Below are positions 8,026 to 16,370 of a stretch of 64,000 nt of DNA, in pieces (positions within the stretch are counted from its first letter, which is position 1; each line of letters begins with the position of its first letter). The notes beneath the pieces were generated by a model. The model saw only the letters and a list, made by a program, of their open reading frames with translations, did not search any database and was not told the origin of the DNA. The stretch covers positions 186,001-250,000 of the IMG/VR virus record IMGVR_UViG_3300044701_002789. The stretch is one strand, 5' to 3'. Made by a program: the position numbers and the translations under genes.

Positions 8026-8462
8026 TCACTCACATATTTTTTAAATGTAATCCCGTCCAAATGATCAATTTCGTGTAATATGCATCTAGCAATTATTCCG
8101 GTATGAGTTTCAAGAATGGGATGACCAGACAAATTTCTATACTTCACCGTAACTTGCTTTGCCCTCGGAATCTCATAAAACTGCCCAGCAAATGAAAGAC
8201 AACCTTCTTCTTCTGTTACTTTTTCTTCACTCTCAAAGATAATTTCTGGATTAATCATTACCTTTGGGGTTTCATTTACTAAAACAATAATAATTCGTCT
8301 CAGGATTCCAACCTGATTTCCTGCTAATCCTACACCATTATTCTGTAGCATTACTTCAATCATACTTGCAGCAATGTTACGAACTGTATCATCTATTTTG
8401 GCAATACGTTTCGATTTTTGGCGAAGAGGTTTTTCACCATCCTGCAGTATAGTTAATGTCAT
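8022..8462 (-). CDS. def: peptide deformylase (C-terminally short phage type)
   Basis: GVGLAGNQVG, EGCLSF and HEIDHLDG motifs. Confidence 0.95.
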   Translation of the reverse strand: MTLTILQDGEKPLRQKSKRIAKIDDTVRNIAASMIEVMLQNNGVGLAGNQVGILRRIIIVLVNETPKVMINPEIIFESEEKVTEEEGCLSFAGQFYEIPRAKQVTVKYRNLSGHPILETHTGIIARCILHEIDHLDGITFKKYVSE

Positions 8463-8734
8463 GTGTTAAAATTCCTTTTGAATTCTTCTAGTTTTTCTGG
8501 TTCATTGATGACAGTCATTAGTCCGTACTGAGCGATGAAGGAATCTAGTGCCGGATCTTGAATGGTTTCTTCCAAGTACAAACCACTTACCTTGTCGTAG
8601 AATTTCTCAACGTCTTCGGAAACGTAAGAACCCACATCACTGTCAAGTCCTGATCTTGCGTAAGAGTAGAGAGCGTCGCTGAGAATTTCTAATTCTTGCT
8701 CAGAGAGTTGGAAAGTTACTTTATACTGGGACAT
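8459..8734 (-). CDS. hypothetical protein
   Basis: 91-aa ORF. Confidence 0.65.
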   Translation of the reverse strand: MSQYKVTFQLSEQELEILSDALYSYARSGLDSDVGSYVSEDVEKFYDKVSGLYLEETIQDPALDSFIAQYGLMTVINEPEKLEEFKRNFNT

Positions 8735-8739
8735 TTTGG

Positions 8740-8940
8740 TTAACTTTTTTCTTTATTTAGATAAAAATCCTTTAAAGTGTTTGTGTCAATCGTCAAATGG
8801 TTAGTATTTGAATCATATTCAACTCCACTACCTTTTTCAGTGGAAAGTTGAGAAAGTCCAGCGAAAAGTATATATTGATGCACTTTCCAACCAAGAGCAA
8901 ATCCAATAGCAAAAGCAATAATAAGAAATAGTTGAATCAT
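8740..8940 (-). CDS. small membrane protein
   Basis: N-terminal hydrophobic helix. Confidence 0.6.
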   Translation of the reverse strand: MIQLFLIIAFAIGFALGWKVHQYILFAGLSQLSTEKGSGVEYDSNTNHLTIDTNTLKDFYLNKEKS

Positions 8941-9170
8941 TCTTCTTTACGTTTAGGTTTGTCGCAATTGTTGCAGTAATAACTGAATCCGTGTTTGAAA
9001 TTTTTCACTTTCTGGAAGTTATCCAGACTGAGTGATTTAGTTTCCTTACACTTGGAGCAAGTTCGTTCAGCGGGGGCAAATGATGACTTCTTTTGCTCCT
9101 TGCTCTTTGACGAGCGATTCCCAATAAAAAGCATCTTCAATTTTAAGAAATGTAGCAGTTTCTTTAGCAT
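8937..9170 (-). CDS. Zn-finger protein
   Basis: CSKC...CNNC. Confidence 0.65.
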   Translation of the reverse strand: MLKKLLHFLKLKMLFIGNRSSKSKEQKKSSFAPAERTCSKCKETKSLSLDNFQKVKNFKHGFSYYCNNCDKPKRKEE

Positions 9171-9209
9171 AACCTTTCTTTTTAGGTTTAAGGTAAGTGA
9201 CTTCGTACT

Positions 9210-9395
9210 TCATTTTTCGCTTTGTTTAAAAAGTTCAATTTTACTATAATCTTTCTGGTAGACAAGTATGCACACATTTCTGCGCTTTTCTTCCGAAAAT
9301 AATCTAACACAAATGGTAACATAATTACTACCAACAAATGTAATAGGTCCGATATAGTTTTCATATCGGACCATTACTCCTTCAGCAAACATCAT
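9210..9395 (-). CDS. hypothetical protein
   Basis: 61-aa ORF. Confidence 0.6.
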   Translation of the reverse strand: MMFAEGVMVRYENYIGPITFVGSNYVTICVRLFSEEKRRNVCILVYQKDYSKIELFKQSEK

Positions 9396-10080
9396 GGAAC
9401 TTCTTGAGAACTTTATTATTTACATCATAAAGCCCAAGAGCACCTCCATTAGAACCACACTCCGGATCAAGGACGATAGAATTTTCACTGATAGCAGTGA
9501 CATGGTAGTGACCAGAAACCATAACATAATCATGATTTCGGTTGTTATTCCACCACTCAACTCTACCCTTGGTTTCCCTATCAATCGGACCGTAGAGCAT
9601 AATAGACTTTGCTGCCTTACTTAGATCATCCTCATAAAGAAGACAATGATCTTCGTACTCCGGAACATTAACGCGACTTGAAAAATAAGCGTGAGAAACA
9701 CGGTATTCTTTTTGATTCTTATCCCGGAACACAACACCATACGGCATGGCGCACAGAAAATCATAAACTTCTTGAAGACTAATTCCGGCATTTTGGAAGT
9801 CATCAAGAGTCTTTTGAAGATCTTCACCAACGAAGACCTTATTTCCTTTGATGTACCGAATCAGTTTGTTTTGATGATTGGATTGGATGCAGATTGCAGA
9901 ATTGTTTTCAACCTGCTCTCGCACCTGAAGGTAAACTGATGCAGAATCCGAATGGTCTACCCGAGAGTCAAACAAATCCCCAAGAAATATCGGAGTCAAA
10001 TTATGATTGATGCAGTATTCAATTGCTTGTTGTAGCAAATGTGCTTGAGAATGCACATCACTGATAAAGGCGAAATTCAT
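9382..10080 (-). CDS. calcineurin-like metallophosphoesterase (PrpA/Pnkp phosphatase-like)
   Basis: SDVH, LGDLFD, SNHQ, VSHA, SGHYH, DPECGSNG motifs. Confidence 0.85.
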   Translation of the reverse strand: MNFAFISDVHSQAHLLQQAIEYCINHNLTPIFLGDLFDSRVDHSDSASVYLQVREQVENNSAICIQSNHQNKLIRYIKGNKVFVGEDLQKTLDDFQNAGISLQEVYDFLCAMPYGVVFRDKNQKEYRVSHAYFSSRVNVPEYEDHCLLYEDDLSKAAKSIMLYGPIDRETKGRVEWWNNNRNHDYVMVSGHYHVTAISENSIVLDPECGSNGGALGLYDVNNKVLKKFHDVC

Positions 10081-10104
10081 GGAGAGGTTCCGTGTCATGC
10101 ATTA

Positions 10105-10160
10105 ATTATACCAGTATGGAGGGGTTCTGGGAACTCCCGATGGTCGGTTTCTAAAGTGTC
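10105..10160 (-). promoter_or_regulatory. early promoter module (-10 TGgTATAAT)
   Basis: GTCGGTT-TCTA-AAGTGTC at 10143-10160; 32-nt spacer with GGGGTTC/GAACTCC hairpin. Confidence 0.8.
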
Positions 10161-10171
10161 CCTATATCAAT

Positions 10172-10645
10172 TCAGTTACCACGCTCAATGGTCTCAAAGT
10201 CTTCCGAGTTGTTCGGAACCTCAAATGAATGATACATTGAGGTCAGAACACTTTCGGGAATAACTTTACCTGGACGATGCTTGTTACGTTCGAGTGCTTC
10301 TTTGAGAGGAATCACGAAGTAAACAGCACGTTTACGATACATATCGGCAGGTACTTTGGAAGTTTTATTCTTCCGGGACTTCCGAGTTAGATTAGTCTGA
10401 TCAATGATGATGTCTTTTCCATCACGAATCGCCAACTTCAGTTGCAAATCCATATGACTCGTTGCCTTTGAGATAGTGCTCTTAAAGACATCATCATAGG
10501 TTTTATTCTGTTCTTCCGCAACCCTTTGGATATAATTGTCAGTGGAGATTACCACTGCATTTTCCCAATAGGGCATTGCAAGTAGAGTTTTAACATAGGT
10601 GGATTTTCCAGAAGTAGGAATACCACACAGCATAATCAATTCCAT
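10172..10645 (-). CDS. P-loop polynucleotide kinase (AAA_33-type, kinase domain only)
   Basis: MLCGIPTSGKST Walker A, IIIDQTNLTR, ALERNKHR lid. Confidence 0.85.
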   Translation of the reverse strand: MELIMLCGIPTSGKSTYVKTLLAMPYWENAVVISTDNYIQRVAEEQNKTYDDVFKSTISKATSHMDLQLKLAIRDGKDIIIDQTNLTRKSRKNKTSKVPADMYRKRAVYFVIPLKEALERNKHRPGKVIPESVLTSMYHSFEVPNNSEDFETIERGN

Positions 10646-11847
10646 TTGAGATTCCCCCACATCCAACGGTTTTCGTTTACTTTGGTTTGAGTATTGATAG
10701 AAGTTTTAATCTTTTCCACCAGCAAATTTTTGATGGGAACTCCATTACGAAGAGAGAACATAAAACTTTGGTGAGTTTTGGGAATATGGGAGTTTACAAG
10801 GATTGCAAACTCTTTTTGGCTCTGACCCCTTTCAAACTGCTTGTACAGATCATAAATGTCAGTTCCAACATCCTCCAAAGATGCCCAGAACGCAGTCTGG
10901 AACTTCTTGAGACGATCTACATCTTCTTCCGTAAGAAGAGGAATAAGATCATCTACATCATCATTAACAATGGTAGCAATTACATTTTTTTCCTGATTAA
11001 TCGCTTCCTTGGACTTATGGCGAAGAACATATTGATTCGCCTTAATTTTTACCATGTGACCATTTTCAAAGCGCAGAACGATTCCTTCAGAATCCTCCCA
11101 TTCGCGGATCTGATCCACAAACAAATGGATATTCTGAATTGCCAAACCATCTACTGCCTTAACAACAGGAATGTTCCAAGCAGTCGCATAACTAACCATA
11201 GTCTTATAGTTGACATAAGACCCATTGTAATTATAACGAATAGCCGTAAGAATCAGTTGATCTTCAGGATAATCCAGAACAATTCGGTTTTTGCGAGAGC
11301 ACCATTCAAAAATAGGAGTGGTTCCTTTTTGAATACACTTCATAATAAAAGTATGGTATGGTTTATGTCGTTCATTAGTAGGAATCCACTTATCAGAAAT
11401 AAACTTTTCTGCCTGCTCTGAAATTTCGGTTACACCCGCTTTCGTGCCAAGAAGAAAACCATCACCATAAGGAATCGGACGAATCATAGACCCATCCAAT
11501 TTCTCAAGAACCACATGAGGTTCATAGAGATTAATCTTATTAGTTTGAGTTTCCAGTTTTTCACCTACGTTGAAAAACTTGTGATACGGACGAGAAATGA
11601 GTTTTCCATTAGCATCAAAAATCAGACCACGGCACTCGCGTCGGATAGCATACTGTAGAGTACGCTCAGCACGCATTTTCGCAGAACCACCAGAACACTT
11701 TACCTCAGGAAAAGTATCCTCCAGATTTACTGCATAATTAATTACAGTGTACCAACCTTTATTAATAACAAGAAATTCTTCTCTATCTTTGATGTGAGGA
11801 AGAACATCATCAATGGTTTCAATTTGTGGGAAAGAGTAATTAAACAT
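10636..11847 (-). CDS. rnlA: T4 Rnl1-family RNA ligase
   Basis: HKFFNVGE, EKLDGSMI (motif I KxDG), EGIV, MVKIK. Confidence 0.9.
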   Translation of the reverse strand: MFNYSFPQIETIDDVLPHIKDREEFLVINKGWYTVINYAVNLEDTFPEVKCSGGSAKMRAERTLQYAIRRECRGLIFDANGKLISRPYHKFFNVGEKLETQTNKINLYEPHVVLEKLDGSMIRPIPYGDGFLLGTKAGVTEISEQAEKFISDKWIPTNERHKPYHTFIMKCIQKGTTPIFEWCSRKNRIVLDYPEDQLILTAIRYNYNGSYVNYKTMVSYATAWNIPVVKAVDGLAIQNIHLFVDQIREWEDSEGIVLRFENGHMVKIKANQYVLRHKSKEAINQEKNVIATIVNDDVDDLIPLLTEEDVDRLKKFQTAFWASLEDVGTDIYDLYKQFERGQSQKEFAILVNSHIPKTHQSFMFSLRNGVPIKNLLVEKIKTSINTQTKVNENRWMWGNLKWN

Positions 11848-11868
11848 AATCAAATCTCGTACATAACT

Positions 11869-11925
11869 ATCATACAACAAAAAAAGGGGGCGTGGATGCC
11901 CCCTTGTGCCAGTTCAGGGATTGGG
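11869..11925 (-). promoter_or_regulatory. early promoter module (-10 TATGAT) for the RNA ligase operon
   Basis: GCCAGTT-CAGG-GATTGGG at 11908-11925; 33-nt spacer that contains the terminator. Confidence 0.65.
11879..11903 (-). terminator. intrinsic terminator
   Basis: GGGGC-ATCCAC-GCCCC followed by T8 on minus, just after the 11914 stop. Confidence 0.8.
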
Positions 11926-12279
11926 TTTTCTTGTCATAAGTTTTTTCGCAACATTGACTGTAGATTTGCCCAATTTATATGTTCCCTTTATTGCCTTTTT
12001 AGCATTTTTTGCATTTGCAGATATTTTCTGTCTAGTAAGTTGACTTTGTTGCGCTCTTCTAGCATTCAGTTTTTCAGTTCTTTGCTTTTGTTCAGAACTT
12101 CTTTTTTGTGCTGCTTGTTTTGCCGAAAGAGTTTTTTGTTTATTTTTAGTGACAAATTGTTTAGTTATCTGTTTTCTATTAGAAGATTCCTTACGAGCAT
12201 TTGCTACCCTTTCAAGTCTTTTTTGTCTTTGTTCATCACTGAGACTTGCTTCTTCACAAAATTGCTTAAAGGATTTCAT
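11914..12279 (-). CDS. basic putative internal head protein
   Basis: N-terminal MKSFKQFCEEA resembles the T4 capsid-targeting sequence; Lys/Arg/Gln-rich; late promoter upstream. Confidence 0.6.
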   Translation of the reverse strand: MKSFKQFCEEASLSDEQRQKRLERVANARKESSNRKQITKQFVTKNKQKTLSAKQAAQKRSSEQKQRTEKLNARRAQQSQLTRQKISANAKNAKKAIKGTYKLGKSTVNVAKKLMTRKPNP

Positions 12280-12302
12280 AAACGGAAAAGATATTTTTCT
12301 AA

Positions 12303-12309
12303 TATTTAT
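12303..12309 (-). promoter_or_regulatory. T4-type late promoter
   Basis: ATAAATA 24 nt upstream of the 12279 start. Confidence 0.65.
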
Positions 12310-12506
12310 GAAATATCTTCATGAAAGGGCATAAAAATGTAGTTATCAGGATCTGGTTCTTCCCCATCAACTACAAACTCTTCAAATATAGAATGAGCGT
12401 CTTCAAAATGCTCATTTTCAACTAAAAATTTCATTCTGGAACAATAAAATTCTTCTATATGATAGATGTTCCATTCCTTTGGAGAAAGATCCATTAACAT
12501 CCTCAT
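12306..12506 (-). CDS. hypothetical protein
   Basis: 66-aa acidic ORF. Confidence 0.6.
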   Translation of the reverse strand: MRMLMDLSPKEWNIYHIEEFYCSRMKFLVENEHFEDAHSIFEEFVVDGEEPDPDNYIFMPFHEDIS

Positions 12507-12640
12507 ACGTCATAAATTTTGTTGTGTGTTTCTTTGAGAAGTTTAATTTCTTCTTCCAGTTCTTCAATAGTAACAAGTAACTGCTGCAAAGTTTCTTTTG
12601 CAATTTTAAGATCACTAAAATTTTCCAAATTAAGTTCCAT
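12503..12640 (-). CDS. small coiled-coil protein (45 aa, not in ORF track)
   Basis: Hand translation MELNLENFSDLKIAKETLQQLLVTIEELEEEIKLLKETHNKIYDV; coupled on both sides. Confidence 0.6.
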   Translation of the reverse strand: MELNLENFSDLKIAKETLQQLLVTIEELEEEIKLLKETHNKIYDV

Positions 12641-12870
12641 CAGGGTACGAAAGCCTCCACTACACCAGATTCTTCATCTTCCAATAGAGCAAATCTAGGT
12701 GCTCTTTGAATATTCTCACGCAGTTTAGTGTAATATTCCGGCCATGACTCATTATCCCACTGGACAATAATATCAAAGCATTCATCTTCACTTTCAGCGA
12801 TGACGTTCAAAAGACCGCCATCGGATGTTGTAACGAAATAATCCACTACAAAAAAATATTTTTGAGTCAT
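12640..12870 (-). CDS. hypothetical protein
   Basis: 76-aa ORF with AAGGAG RBS. Confidence 0.7.
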   Translation of the reverse strand: MTQKYFFVVDYFVTTSDGGLLNVIAESEDECFDIIVQWDNESWPEYYTKLRENIQRAPRFALLEDEESGVVEAFVP

Positions 12871-12893
12871 TGTTGTTTCTGAACTACTCCTTG

Positions 12894-12922
12894 AGTTTAG
12901 GACGGATCTTTGGATTTGTCAA
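12894..12922 (-). promoter_or_regulatory. sigma70-type promoter
   Basis: TTGACA-17 nt-TAAACT. Confidence 0.8.
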
Positions 12923-13022
12923 TAGGAGCAGAGTTCTTGCCGCTCCCGGCGCGAATTAAATTTCCAACAAACACTGCGATAGGAATGCTAAGAATAAACC
13001 ACCAGATAAAAAATGTGATCAT
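12897..13022 (-). CDS. small membrane protein (41 aa, not in ORF track)
   Basis: MITFFIWWFILSIPIAVFVGNLIRAGSGKNSAPIDKSKDPS. Confidence 0.5.
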   Translation of the reverse strand: MITFFIWWFILSIPIAVFVGNLIRAGSGKNSAPIDKSKDPS

Positions 13023-13195
13023 TAATAGTCTCCGCAGTTAAATGAGTCTGCAATTTCTGCAACTCTATTGTATTCTGTTAACAATTTAGTTATATGCACA
13101 TGAATAGTCTTCAATTCATCGTCAGTTTTACCGACGATTGCTTCGTGAATCCGTTCAAATGCAGCAGCAGTTTGTAAGGTAAGTTTCTTTTCCAT
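13022..13195 (-). CDS. hypothetical protein (57 aa, not in ORF track)
   Basis: MEKKLTLQTAAAFERIHEAIVG...FNCGDY. Confidence 0.6.
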   Translation of the reverse strand: MEKKLTLQTAAAFERIHEAIVGKTDDELKTIHVHITKLLTEYNRVAEIADSFNCGDY

Positions 13196-13211
13196 AAATT
13201 TGAATTGATAA

Positions 13212-13712
13212 TTATTTTTGACGGACTTGTTCTACTTGAGATTGTTTTCCGTCTAGATTATATTCTTTATTCAGTTCAGAATTCCAAATAGTTCCATGAA
13301 TAAATCCGGCACCACCAAGAAGAATCGCAGATGCCATAATAATTGCACCCTTTTTCACCTCATCTTCCGTTGGATCTTCATTATCCGCAAAATCTGAAAC
13401 AGTGACACCAGTAAATTTTTGTGCCAACCAAGTTCCACCAGATCCATAAATCAACATAAGAACCCAAGGAGTAAAATAAAGGAAAAGAGCTGCTACGCCA
13501 AGAAGTCCTACAAACCAAGTTCCACCCCCAGAGGGCATAGAAATACCATCTCCACTACCAGATCCACGAATTTGACGAAGATTGCGAATGTTCATTGGGG
13601 AATAAATGTGTTGAATATTCCCTTTTGCTTCACCAACTGAACCTCCTTCCACAGTAACAGTAAAATAATTACCAGGATTGTTCAGAAGAATTTCTGCTTG
13701 CCAGGTTGCCAT
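13212..13712 (-). CDS. membrane protein
   Basis: Start MATWQAE downstream of the promoter module; 2-3 hydrophobic segments. Confidence 0.7.
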   Translation of the reverse strand: MATWQAEILLNNPGNYFTVTVEGGSVGEAKGNIQHIYSPMNIRNLRQIRGSGSGDGISMPSGGGTWFVGLLGVAALFLYFTPWVLMLIYGSGGTWLAQKFTGVTVSDFADNEDPTEDEVKKGAIIMASAILLGGAGFIHGTIWNSELNKEYNLDGKQSQVEQVRQK

Positions 13713-13739
13713 GATCAATTTATGTTGAATTACCAATAT

Positions 13740-13795
13740 ATCATACAGCAAAATGGGCGCATGTGGTGACTTTTTGTGCCAGTTTTTGAACTGGA
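13740..13795 (-). promoter_or_regulatory. early promoter module (-10 TATGAT)
   Basis: GCCAGTT-TTTG-AACTGGA at 13778-13795; 32-nt spacer. Confidence 0.75.
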
Positions 13796-13960
13796 TCAAC
13801 CACCCCTTTGCTGAAGAGAACGAACCATGAGATCCGAAAACCTTTCCATTTTAGTATAATGAACGGACGCTGGATCGTCATTAATAGCATTTTTAAGTGC
13901 AACTAATTCTTCCCACTCTTCTTTTGATAGATTTCCTGTCTTTGTTTTCGTTAAGGTCAT
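13796..13960 (-). CDS. hypothetical protein (54 aa, not in ORF track)
   Basis: MTLTKTKTGNLSKEEWEELVALKNAINDDPASVH...; resembles small cyanomyovirus ORFs as I recall them. Confidence 0.65.
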   Translation of the reverse strand: MTLTKTKTGNLSKEEWEELVALKNAINDDPASVHYTKMERFSDLMVRSLQQRGG

Positions 13961-14052
13961 AAGTTACTTACAATTAAATTGTCTCACTAATATGTAGTTA
14001 ATTGTGTGGTTTTGCTGACAATTGATTAAAATATCTTCACAAAAATCAAGTG

Positions 14053-14271
14053 TCACTGAAGAAAAGTTCCAAACATACCAGAATCCCCAAACTTACGAGA
14101 TTCAAGTTTATCCATAAGATCTTCAGTTTTTTGAATCATATCTACAGCAAAAAGAAGTTCTGAAATTTGTTTGCAAACTGCAGTTTTTTCATTGACCGCA
14201 GCACTCTTGAGAGCATTGCGAAGATGACTTTGCGCTTCAAGAAGTTCTTCTTTTACTTTATCGGATAGCAT
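14053..14271 (-). CDS. hypothetical protein
   Basis: MLSDKVKEELLEAQSHLRNALKSAA with GGAGG RBS. Confidence 0.7.
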   Translation of the reverse strand: MLSDKVKEELLEAQSHLRNALKSAAVNEKTAVCKQISELLFAVDMIQKTEDLMDKLESRKFGDSGMFGTFLQ

Positions 14272-14282
14272 TAGTTTTCCTC

Positions 14283-14468
14283 CTAACTTTGGATTAGTTC
14301 TTGGTATTTTTCTTCGGGTAGCAAACAGAGTACACAAGAAGCAATCTCATAAATGTCTTCTTCTTCAAGACCATCTAGTGTCATTAGAGGTCCATCACCG
14401 AAAGAAATTGAAAATGAATATCCATCGGTGGGATTATACCCACCGCATGTTTGAATTCTACTTGCCAT
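14283..14468 (-). CDS. hypothetical protein
   Basis: 61-aa ORF. Confidence 0.55.
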   Translation of the reverse strand: MASRIQTCGGYNPTDGYSFSISFGDGPLMTLDGLEEEDIYEIASCVLCLLPEEKYQELIQS

Positions 14469-15057
14469 TTACTTTTTTAAGTATAAAGGTGCCATCATTA
14501 TTATCAATCCAATCCACAGTATCACCCTCTTTTAGGTTTGCTTCTTTCAGCAATTCATCAGGAAACTGGATGAAATACTCACCATTTGTGCTGTCAACTT
14601 CTACTGGAATGACCCAACTTTTTTTATCAGTATTAATCATATCGGTAAGATCATTTCCTGCCGGATCAATCAAATCATTATTTTCTACCCAAAAATTGTA
14701 GTGATCAGGTTCAAATTGATTATCAGGAAAATTAGTGATTCTATCTAGAGTCAAATAGTCATTTGCCAGGTATTCTAGATCACTATGTCCCCAAGGAGGC
14801 ATAAAGTCATCCTTGTTTTGATTTCCTAATTCAACTACAGTTTTATTCCAAGCATCTTTAAATTTTTCATCAAATTCATCCAAATAATATTTAAGAAATT
14901 CATCAGCAGCATACATCAATTTTTCTGCCTTTTCTCTGTTTCCAGATCCTAGGGCATCAATTGCAGAATCTAGAATATCCCGAGCGGTACTCACTTTACA
15001 GACAGTGAGTTCCAGTTCGTTCATTACTTCCCAAACTTTTTCATAATTAAGAGTCAT
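14458..15057 (-). CDS. coiled-coil + AbrB/MazE-like domain protein
   Basis: C-terminal IQFPDELLKEANLKEGDTVDWIDNNDGTFILKK. Confidence 0.7.
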   Translation of the reverse strand: MTLNYEKVWEVMNELELTVCKVSTARDILDSAIDALGSGNREKAEKLMYAADEFLKYYLDEFDEKFKDAWNKTVVELGNQNKDDFMPPWGHSDLEYLANDYLTLDRITNFPDNQFEPDHYNFWVENNDLIDPAGNDLTDMINTDKKSWVIPVEVDSTNGEYFIQFPDELLKEANLKEGDTVDWIDNNDGTFILKKVNGK

Positions 15058-15244
15058 GCTTTTCTCCATAAAGAATGTCAATACGATTGTCTACTGCTTC
15101 AATAGAAGACTGAAGAGTTTTGATAGATTGGGAAATTTCTTCCAATCTTGTTTGCATCATAAAAAATTCGATCCGATTTTCAATATAAGTAGGATCTTTT
15201 ATTTCCCGCGAAGAAGAAAATAAATTTTTAAAAAACTTCATCAT
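15047..15244 (-). CDS. hypothetical coiled-coil protein
   Basis: 65-aa ORF. Confidence 0.55.
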   Translation of the reverse strand: MMKFFKNLFSSSREIKDPTYIENRIEFFMMQTRLEEISQSIKTLQSSIEAVDNRIDILYGEKHDS

Positions 15245-15533
15245 TTGGAACAGAAATTTGTCTAAAAGGAATGTTTAGAGTGTCCGCATAAGATGCTGGA
15301 CAACCCTCAGTAGATCCATGAGCAGGAACCCAAGATCTCAAAAGTTTAGCGGCGCATTTTCCGCGATAAGAAAACGCTTCCGATCGTTTATTGAAGTATT
15401 CTTGGGATTTGAACGGAAAATTTTCTGCTTCTAGGAGAAGAGAGTATTCCGTTTGATTTACATATTTGAGGTATCTTTCCCGATTTTCGTCGGTAGGATT
15501 TTCAACGAGTGTTTTGATAATTTCCTCAATCAT
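15228..15533 (-). CDS. hypothetical protein
   Basis: 101-aa ORF directly after the promoter module. Confidence 0.7.
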   Translation of the reverse strand: MIEEIIKTLVENPTDENRERYLKYVNQTEYSLLLEAENFPFKSQEYFNKRSEAFSYRGKCAAKLLRSWVPAHGSTEGCPASYADTLNIPFRQISVPNDEVF

Positions 15534-15553
15534 GGTTTTTTGTTAACAGATCA

Positions 15554-15609
15554 ATAATAGCAGAAACCCTCCGACCATTCAGCAGAGGGTGGACAGTTTT
15601 TGTATTGTC
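15554..15609 (-). promoter_or_regulatory. early promoter module (-10 TGcTATTAT)
   Basis: GACAGTT-TTTG-TATTGTC at 15592-15609; 32-nt spacer with ACCCTC/GAGGGT hairpin. Confidence 0.8.
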
Positions 15610-15615
15610 ACACAA

Positions 15616-15909
15616 TTAACTTTTTTCATCCTTCTTTTGTGTTGGAAAGAGTTTATAAGAACCTTTTTTTAAGTTATATCTTTTGATATAGGATTCGCAA
15701 TGTTCTTTACACATAAAAAAACATCTCTTAAAATCTTTACCATCCATGTGTTCCAAAGTTATTGGAAAGGACTCATGAAATGTATCAGATGGAATAATTG
15801 CATTTCCTGGAGATTTAGGTGTTGGGATCTGCGATTTCTTTTTAATATTTGAAGAATTTTTTCTTTTTGTTCCTGTAGGTTTTTTCCCTGTTGGTTTCTT
15901 ATTAGTCAT
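15616..15909 (-). CDS. hypothetical protein, basic N-terminus
   Basis: 97-aa ORF. Confidence 0.65.
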   Translation of the reverse strand: MTNKKPTGKKPTGTKRKNSSNIKKKSQIPTPKSPGNAIIPSDTFHESFPITLEHMDGKDFKRCFFMCKEHCESYIKRYNLKKGSYKLFPTQKKDEKS

Positions 15910-16091
15910 TCTTTGAAATTTAATTTATAATATTTGTTATATCTCAAATAAGAAGACACTGAGGGTTTAAATCCTAACGAATAACAACTTTCACAATATA
16001 AATTAAAATTATACCAAGGTGTTGTGTTGTCTAGTGTCGGGAACTTGTTTTGTTTCGTGTAACTTTTTAAGTGCTTCCAAAACTTCAGCAT
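15906..16091 (-). CDS. hypothetical protein
   Basis: TTPWY..YCESC..LG.KPS; start uncertain. Confidence 0.55.
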   Translation of the reverse strand: MLKFWKHLKSYTKQNKFPTLDNTTPWYNFNLYCESCYSLGFKPSVSSYLRYNKYYKLNFKE

Positions 16092-16146
16092 TTTCTTCCC
16101 AAGTCCATTCGTTATCGTTCTTATCTTTGTAATTTTTTTTAGTCAT
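16009..16146 (-). CDS. hypothetical protein (45 aa, not in ORF track)
   Basis: MTKKNYKDKNDNEWTWEENAEVLEALKKLHETKQ...; ATGA-coupled to the upstream gene. Confidence 0.55.
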   Translation of the reverse strand: MTKKNYKDKNDNEWTWEENAEVLEALKKLHETKQVPDTRQHNTLV

Positions 16147-16370
16147 AGTTTACCACCTACAGTAGATTCATAAGTTTTAATAACTTCAACAAAACCTTCT
16201 TGTTTCATTTTGAGATATGATCTAGTAGCATTAATACATTCATCTTCAGTAAGAGAAGTTATAATACATTTACCTTCTAAATCGTAAGATCTCCAAGTAC
16301 CCCATCTTTGCTGAGAAACCGTAAAGCACTCATCATAGATGTTTTTCGTTTCCAATTCTTGCGTCATCAA
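16143..16370 (-). CDS. hypothetical protein
   Basis: 75-aa ORF. Confidence 0.65.
   Translation of the reverse strand: MMTQELETKNIYDECFTVSQQRWGTWRSYDLEGKCIITSLTEDECINATRSYLKMKQEGFVEVIKTYESTVGGKL

Noticed and set aside
14037-14054. AAGTGTC half-site
   Set aside because: No matching left half and no -10 at the fixed distance
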